Assembly: GCA_964016885.1 (NCBI GenBank)
Contig: OZ024742.1
Span: 175,460,001 to 175,524,000, forward strand
Length of the DNA stretch: 64,000 bases
Source: Eledone cirrhosa
Taxonomy: Eukaryota
Direction of reading: 5' to 3'
Positions 56,807-64,000 of the stretch are shown one piece after another; the first letter of the stretch is position 1; each line of letters begins with the position of its first letter. Under the pieces are notes generated by a model. The model was not told the DNA's origin. It did no database searches and saw only the letters and a list, made by a program, of their open reading frames with translations. The position numbers and the translations under genes are program-made.

Positions 56807-57130
56807 AATAAAATAACAGGAGGCTGGATTTGTGTAAATCCTTGAAAGGTTTATTATACTATAATCATTTCAATGACCTGGTTCCGTATGACTCCGGTGA
56901 TATCACCAGGTATTCGAAATATAATAAATGAATGTAATAGATAAAATGGGGCTGAAATTCATAGACCCGAGGACGACCGACCATCCAGCATCTTTCACTT
57001 TAGCCGGTCGCACTATATATCGAATACCTGATAATATCACTGGATTCATACGGAACCCGGTCATTGAAATGATCATAGTATAATAAACCTTTCAAGGATT
57101 TACACAAGTCCAGCATCCTGTTATTTTATT
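56807..57130. repeat. Inverted repeat (111-bp arms, ~100-bp spacer), PLE-terminus-like
   Basis: 56807-56917 versus 57020-57130. Contains a decayed CTGATGA...GAAACCGGTC-like motif. Confidence 0.85.
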
Positions 57131-57260
57131 ATAATAATTAACTCCGTACTCGCACCACCAACTACACAAATGAAGACGGTTGAGCTGCTTTACGTTGAGT
57201 ACTCTCCATAGTATTACCATACAGAATAACCAGCTCTATCCAGTGGTGAAGCTTCAAACC

Positions 57261-57339
<79 letters not shown>

Positions 57340-57620
57340 TAATATACATATATATATATCGTTTCTGAATTTGTTTAGCAAGATTCTTTATCTGAAAACG
57401 TATGTTGAAACCGATATTGTTATACTTTGGGAGGGTCATGTTGCCAATAAGAAACAGAGTATATAGAGGAGCCAGAACCAAATGGGAAAAAATGGTAAAT
57501 AATGACACAAATTGGACCTGCCCTTTGTATAGGAGCAAATTTTGGAATAGAATAGAAAGAACTAGGAATAAGTCTAATAGAATAAACTCATAGTATGATA
57601 GCAATAAATACCAGAGTGTA

Positions 57621-58154
57621 ATGTTCATCGATACAACCCCTAGAGGTGAATTAGCTTACAAATTTAGAAGGGCCCTAGATAAACATAAACTCAATATTAA
57701 GATAGTAGAAAGTCCAGGTACCTCCATAAAAACACTTATTAGCAATACATACCCTTTTCAAAGACCTCCCTGTATAGATAAGAAATGTATAATCTCTAAA
57801 TTAAGCCCCTATATTAACTGTAAAACTAGAAATGTAGTATATAGCATAAGATGTACTGAAGGACAATGTAGAGATAAGAATATAGTGTACATAGGTGAGA
57901 CAGCTCGTAGTATAGGGGAACGGATAAATGAACACTGGCGAGACCTTCAAGATAGTAAAGAATCATCTGTACTCTACCAACATGCTAAAATAGAATATAA
58001 GGGTAAATTACAGAACGTAGAAATAAAAATAGAATATACACACAGAAAAGACGCAATGCTTAGACAAATCACAGAGGCAATAAACATAAATGCACTCCAA
58101 CCAAAATTAAATAGAAAACATGAATGGAACAGCAACATCACAACTTACAATTAA
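57621..58154 (+). CDS. Penelope-like C-terminal GIY-YIG endonuclease (open fragment, 177 aa)
   Basis: NCKTRNVVYSIRC...IVYIGETARSIGERINEH...RQITEAINI...LNRKHEW. Confidence 0.85.
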   Translation: MFIDTTPRGELAYKFRRALDKHKLNIKIVESPGTSIKTLISNTYPFQRPPCIDKKCIISKLSPYINCKTRNVVYSIRCTEGQCRDKNIVYIGETARSIGERINEHWRDLQDSKESSVLYQHAKIEYKGKLQNVEIKIEYTHRKDAMLRQITEAININALQPKLNRKHEWNSNITTYN

Positions 58155-58354
58155 GGACAAAATGAAAACACACACGCACATAGAACAAACAACCAGCCAG
58201 TAACATATAAATAAACAAATAAATAAACACATATAAACACACACAGACACCCGGATGTAACACATGCACAAACTAAGCACACAACACACACAAAAACAAG
58301 ATGGCGTAGGACAGAACAAAGGAGAGGCACAAAAACAAAGAAAATAATCCCCAG

Positions 58355-58395
58355 TCACTGAAGAGGTCACATAGTGTGTGGCGAAAGAACTTTGA
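58355..58395 (+). ncRNA. Hammerhead-like motif (family D)
   Basis: UCA-CUGAAGA-G-GUCACAU-AGU-GUGUGGC-GAAAG-AA-CUU-UGA in the 3' terminal repeat of the PLE. Confidence 0.5.
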
Positions 58396-58535
58396 AAATA
58401 TATAAACAATCATCTGGTTGTGGAACCATCCGGAAATTTATAAATTCCTAAATTTATAAATTTATTATAATAAATTGAAGTGAAACAACTGGTGCGTGTG
58501 TTTCTTATTGGCAACATGACCCTCCCAAAGTATAT

Positions 58536-58587
<52 letters not shown>

Positions 58588-58589
58588 CT

Positions 58590-60410
58590 TTGATAGGTTT
58601 CGGCCAGTAATGGCCCAGGCCATGTCTAACTGAATAGGACCACCTGGCGAAGTTTTACAAATCAGTGTTTGGGCACCATGGCCCAATCGAGCAGAGAGTT
58701 ATTGTTTACGGAGGCATATATTCGGGATTTCTTGAAGAATTTTATGCAGTCTTCTTGAACTTGATGGGGTCTGTCTCTGCTTTGATGTGTCTTGGTGTAA
58801 TGTTAAAGAGTGCAGGGCCAATTGAGGTGAAATAATTGTGATGTATTGTTGATATGTGATGCGATTGAGATTTTTGTCGTGGGCGGATAGCAAGGGGCCC
58901 AAGCCTTGGGTGTACGCTAAAGGTGATTCCAACATCATTTGGGCAAACTGATGGAATATTTTCCACATCATACAGATAATGTAGCGCTCACGGTGACGTT
59001 GGAGAGAATAAAGTTTGAGCTTTTCTAATCGACTCCAATAGTCAAGGCTTGTCATGCCATCTATCTTTTTTGTAATTGACTTTTGGGGTGCTTCAACTTT
59101 CTTAATACTTTGTTTAGTGTGGGGTGACCACAGTGGACAACAGTATTCAAGGTGGGGTCGGGCAAAAGTCGAGAAGAGAAGGATAACAGTGTGGATATCT
59201 CTTGACTGGAAAGTTCTAAGAATCCAGCAACACATTCTGCGGGCCATATCAACTTTGCTGTTTATATGAGTGGCCTAGCTTATGTTGTTGTCCACAATTA
59301 CTACCACGTCTCTGATGTTATAGAGTTTCACCCGAAGGAAGAGAGTATGGTAGTTTCAGGGCATCCTTTATTCCAAAGTGGATTAATTCAAATGCATCCT
59401 CATTCAACAGCATATTATTCATTTCTGCCCATTGGATAACAGCCATTAGGTCAAACTGAAGGCAAGTCAGGTCACCTACCTCATTGATGACCCTTTGGAG
59501 CTTGGAATCATCTGATGTTGCTGTGCTTGATGATGTCAGTAATGTCATTAATGTAGATGATTAAATGAAATTTTCCCAACACAGTGCTTTGTGGGACGCC
59601 ACTGCTGACTTTGGCAAGGCTTGATTTTACTCCTTCGACTATAACATGCTGGGTTATAACATGCTTCGACTATAACATGCTGGAAACATTTGATCCACTG
59701 TAGTAACCTTCCAGAGACACCAACATTGGATAGCTTTTTCAGTAGAATCTTATGATCGACCCTGTCGAAGGCCTTGCTGAAATCAAGGTAGATGACATCA
59801 GTGTTGGAGCCCTCTCCCAAGGTTCTCAAAACATTGTCAAAGTGATGCAGGAGCTGCGTTAGGCAGTCCCTTCCATTACGGAACCCATGTTGGTTGGAGT
59901 TCAGCAGACCGTTGCTTTCAAGAAAGTGGGTTATTTGTGATCTCACCAGCCTCTCAAATACCTTGATAATATGAGAGGTGAGTGAGATCGGACGGTAGTT
60001 CACTGCAAGGGACTTATTTCCCATTTTTAAGACTGGGACAGAAATTTTTCAGGAATACAACCAGTGTCCAGTGGGTTCCTCCACAGATTAGCAAGAGGAG
60101 ATGCAAGTTGGTGTCGACACACCTTCAGGACATAAGCAGTGAACCTATCAGGGCCTACTGCTGAATTGTGTTTAATTTTGTTTATTGCCGCTAAGACATC
60201 AAGGGCGCTAATGTTATGTCTGATATAGTGTGTTGGAGGTTAATATCACTGATACAGCCCAGATCAGCCATATAAGGATTGCTGAAAACAGACCAGTATT
60301 GTTTCTGCAGTATCTCACCCATGGCTTTGGCATTGTCCTGGAGTGTGCCATTTTCATCAATTAGGGAGCCAGCAGTGGAGACGGTGACCTTGTGTTTTTT
60401 AGCAAATGAA
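58590..60410 (-). pseudogene. CR1/L2-group LINE, 5'-truncated and frameshifted RT
   Basis: NYRPISLTS, NQHGFRNGRDC, DVIYLDFSKAFDRVDH, DDSKL, RPHLEYCCPLWSPH and LKLYSLQRHRER. Confidence 0.92.
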
Positions 60411-60424
60411 AAGAATATATATAT

Positions 60425-60455
<31 letters not shown>

Positions 60456-60584
60456 AACGGAAAATATGAAACGAAATTTCATTTCCCACTCTTAGTACGG
60501 CTGTTACTTAAATATAAGTATGTACACGTACATACATATATGTATACAGACGTACAGTAGTACGTATATATATATACATACATG

Positions 60585-60627
<43 letters not shown>

Positions 60628-60747
60628 GTACGCATGGATTCACCAAACATTTATTATAATGCTCAGTGTGTTTGTAAACAAACATCCCATATTAAGCCGT
60701 AGTGCCAGCAACAATCGTTGCTCGTTTGTTCAACACTGACAAAATAA

Positions 60748-60788
60748 CGCTGTACTAGTTTCAAGCTTATTAGCTATCGTCAGCAACG
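60748..60788 (-). ncRNA. Minimal type I hammerhead ribozyme (family C)
   Basis: CGUUG-CUGACGA-U-AGCU-AAUA-AGCU-U-GAAAC-UA-GUA-CAGCG. Confidence 0.85.
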
Positions 60789-61171
60789 TATACTTTCCTG
60801 CCAGATTGTTGATCGTATATACTTACCTTATGCATATTAACGGCTGAGTAGCCCAATTTGCATATCGAGTGGGTTAATCGGCCGGGTGCACCGAAAACGA
60901 TAAACGGAAAAAATGAAACGAAATTTCATTTCCCACTCTTAGTACGGCTGTTACTTACATATAAGTATGTACACGTACATACATATATGTATATAGACGT
61001 ACAGTAGTATGTATATATATATACATACATGCAAACATATATATATATGTACGTATGGATTCACCGAACATTTATTATAATGCTCGGTGTGTTTGTAAAC
61101 AAACATCCCGTACTAAGCGTAGTGTCCAGCAACCATCGTTGCTCGTTTGTTCAACACTGCTGACAAAGGAA

Positions 61172-61212
61172 CGCTGTACTAATTTCAAGCTTATTAGCTA
61201 TCGTCAGCAACG
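61172..61212 (-). ncRNA. Minimal type I hammerhead ribozyme (family C; GAAAU variant)
   Basis: Same motif with GAAAC changed to GAAAU, leaving a G-U pair in stem III. Confidence 0.7.
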
Positions 61213-61594
61213 TATACCTTCCTGCCAGATTGTTGAACGTATATACTTATCTTATGCATAATAACGGCTGAGTAGCCCAGTTTGCATATCGAGTGGGTTA
61301 ATCGGCCGGGTGCACCGAAAACGATAAACGGAAAAAATGAAACGAAATTTCATTTCCCACTCTTAGTACGGCTGTTACTTACATATAAGTATGTACACGT
61401 ACATACATATATGTATATAGACGTACAGTAGTATGTATATATATATACATACATGCAAACATATATATATGTACGTATGGATTCACCGAACATTTATTAT
61501 AATGCTCGGTGTGTTTGTAAACAAACATCCCGTACTAAGCCGTAGTGTCCAGCAACCATCGTTGCTCGTTTGTTCAACACTGCTGACAAAGGAA

Positions 61595-61635
61595 CGCTGT
61601 ACTAGTTTCAAGCTTATTAGCTATCGTCAGCAACG
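61595..61635 (-). ncRNA. Minimal type I hammerhead ribozyme (family C)
   Basis: Identical to the 60748-60788 motif. Confidence 0.85.
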
Positions 61636-62176
61636 TATACCTTCCTGCCAGATTGTTGAACGTATATACTTATCTTATGCATAATAACGGCTGAGTAGCC
61701 CAATTTGCATATCGAGTGGGTTAATTGGCCGGGTGCACCGAAAACGATAAACGGAAAAAATGAAACGAAATTTCATTTGCCACTCTTAGTACGGCTGTTA
61801 CTTAAATATAAGTATGTACACGTACATACATATATGTATACAGACGTACAGTAGTATGTATATATATATATACATACATGCACACATATATATATATGTA
61901 CGTATGGATTCACCGAACATTTATTCTAATGCTGGGTGTGTTTGTAAACAAACATCCCGTATTAAGCCGTAGTGTCCAGCAACCATCGTTGCTCGTTTGT
62001 TCAACACTGACAAAGGAACGTACTAAGAGTGGGAAATGAAATTTTGTTTTATTTTTTCCGTTTATCGTTTTCGGTGCACCCGGCCGATTAACCCACTCGA
62101 TATGCAAATTGGGCTACTCAGCCGTTAATATACATAAGGTAAATATATACGTTCAACAATCTGGTAGGAAACTATA

Positions 62177-62217
62177 CGTTGCTGACGATAGCTAATAAGC
62201 TTGAAACTAGTACAGCG
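62177..62217 (+). ncRNA. Minimal type I hammerhead ribozyme (family C)
   Basis: cgttg ctgacga tagctaataagctt gaaac ta gta cagcg read directly on the + strand. Confidence 0.87.
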
Positions 62218-62594
62218 TTCCTTTGTCAGTGTTGAACAAACGAGAAACGATGGTTGCTGGACACTACGGCTTAATACGGGATGTTTGTTTACAAACACAC
62301 CGAGCATTATCATAAATGTTCGGTGAATCCATAAGTACATATATATATGTGTGCATGTATGTATATATATATATACATACTACTGTACGTCTGTATACAT
62401 ATATGTATGTACGTGTACATACTTATATTTAAGTAACAGCCGTACTAAGAGTGGGAAATGAAAGTTCGTTTCATTTTTTCCGTTTATTGTTTTCGGTGCA
62501 CCCGGCCGACTAACCCACTCGATATGCAAATTGGGCTACTCAGCCGTTAATATGCATAAGGTATATACGTTCAACAGTCTGGCAGGAAGGTATA

Positions 62595-62635
62595 CGTTGC
62601 TGACGATATCTAATAAGCTTGAAACTAGTACAGCG
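62595..62635 (+). ncRNA. Minimal type I hammerhead ribozyme (family C; stem II mismatch)
   Basis: cgttg ctgacga tatctaataagctt gaaac ta gta cagcg. Confidence 0.7.
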
Positions 62636-62876
62636 TTCCTTTGTCAGTGTTGAACAAACGAGCAACGATGGTTGCTGGACACTACGGCTTAATACGGGAT
62701 GTTTGTTTACAAACACACCGAGCATTATAATAAATGTTCGGTGAATCCATACGTACATATATATATGTGTGCATGTATGTATATATATATATATATACAT
62801 ACTACTGTACGTGTCTGTACGTGTGTATACATATATGTATGTTCGTGTACATACTTATATTTATATATATATATAC

Positions 62877-62929
<53 letters not shown>

Positions 62930-63035
62930 CATATACACATATATATATATACACATATATATATACATATACACATACATATACACATATATATACACAT
63001 ATATATACACATATATACACATTTATATATATTGC

Positions 63036-63365
63036 CCGCGTGATGTGTTGTTTCCTTGAGCAAGACACTTTATTTCACATTGCTCCAGTTTACTCAGCTG
63101 TAGAAATGAGATGATAGGGCCTGGGCTCCTTATCATTCCAATGTAAAGTGGTCGTGGAGGTGCCACGGCAAAAAATAAACCCTGCCCACACTGCAAAGTG
63201 GACGTGTAGGCACCACGTAAAAAAAAGCACCCAGCACTCAATGTAAATGAGGTTGGTGTTAGGAAGGGCATCCAGCTGTAGGAATCAAGCCAGAATCAGT
63301 TCCCGTCCCACCCTTGCAAGCAGGGAAAAGTGGACGTAAAATGAAATGATGATGATGATGATGAT
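63036..63365 (+). mobile_element. SINE family B (5'-truncated)
   Basis: Central domain, hairpin region, two ~48-bp internal units and an (ATG)n tail. Confidence 0.9.
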
Positions 63366-63371
63366 ATATAT

Positions 63372-63403
<32 letters not shown>

Positions 63404-63479
63404 ATACACATATATATATATACATATATATATATACACACAAATATATACACATATATAAATATACATATATATATAC

Positions 63480-63510
<31 letters not shown>

Positions 63511-64000
63511 CACATATATACATATACATATATATATATTTAAAAGTTAAACAAGGTTCAATGAATACATCAAAGAATGAGTTTTACAATAGATTGGAAG
63601 CACTCAACAGAGAGGTTTCCAGAGTTATTAATATTAATTCAAAATATTAACAAATTAGATATTCTTGTGATCAAGTATATTTTATACATATTTCAGAGGA
63701 ACTGAATTAAGTTCAACAGTACGTTCTCATCAGAAAAATAAGATGATGCATGACATACCCTGACATAGTAGATGGTTAAGATTCAGTCATGGTAGTGATT
63801 AACATATGACAAAACCCAATATTTATACCCTAATATTGAGAACATGTGAAAAATATATAATACAAACAATAGAGAGGCTGCGTGTAATACAGCTTAAAAA
63901 ATACATGGCATCAATACAACAGTTAATAAAAAAATGTTTAATCTACTGAAGAAAGAGGAAAGAAAGGAAAGCATAGAGGAAGAAAACAAATGAGAGATGA

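Larger units (their letters stand above)
57421..58540 (+). mobile_element. 5'-truncated Penelope-like element with perfect 36-bp inverted termini
   Basis: 57421-57456 is the exact reverse complement of 58499-58534. GIY-YIG ORF inside; (TA)n flanks. Confidence 0.88.
60454..62860. mobile_element. Hammerhead-bearing ~420-bp tandem array (non-LTR retrozyme-like): ~3.6 units, then ~2 inverted units
   Basis: Unit periods of 424, 423 and 418 bp measured between ribozyme motifs. No meaningful ORF. Orientation flips at 62019-62020. (TA)n lies on both sides. Confidence 0.88.

Noticed and set aside
59633-59683. 20-bp direct repeat cttcgactataacatgctgg inside the CR1-like RT
   Set aside because: Local slippage or repair duplication in a dead element; too short to be an inserted element.

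Overview
AT-rich, microsatellite-saturated animal genomic DNA, probably intronic or intergenic. The SINE/MITE repertoire suggests an octopus or related coleoid cephalopod (inference). I found no intact host protein-coding gene; the many poly-YI/HT/CV ORFs are translations of (TA)n/(CA)n runs. The window is a mosaic of mostly decayed mobile elements: Helitrons, Penelope-like elements (PLE; RT plus GIY-YIG), RTE, CR1-like, CRE-like and Tx1-like LINEs, a mariner, MITEs and two tRNA-derived SINE families. The main hidden signal is a set of hammerhead ribozymes (HHR): 10 well-formed type I motifs in three sequence families, plus variant or degenerate candidates. Most notable is a non-coding ~420-bp tandem array (60454-62860) with one minimal HHR per full unit. 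It resembles a non-LTR retrozyme, and its internal inversion junction lies 3 nt from the predicted cleavage site. Up to seven insertions share one geometry: an inverted, head-to-head pair beside (TA)n tracts. All structure calls were made by eye, and most element boundaries are approximate.
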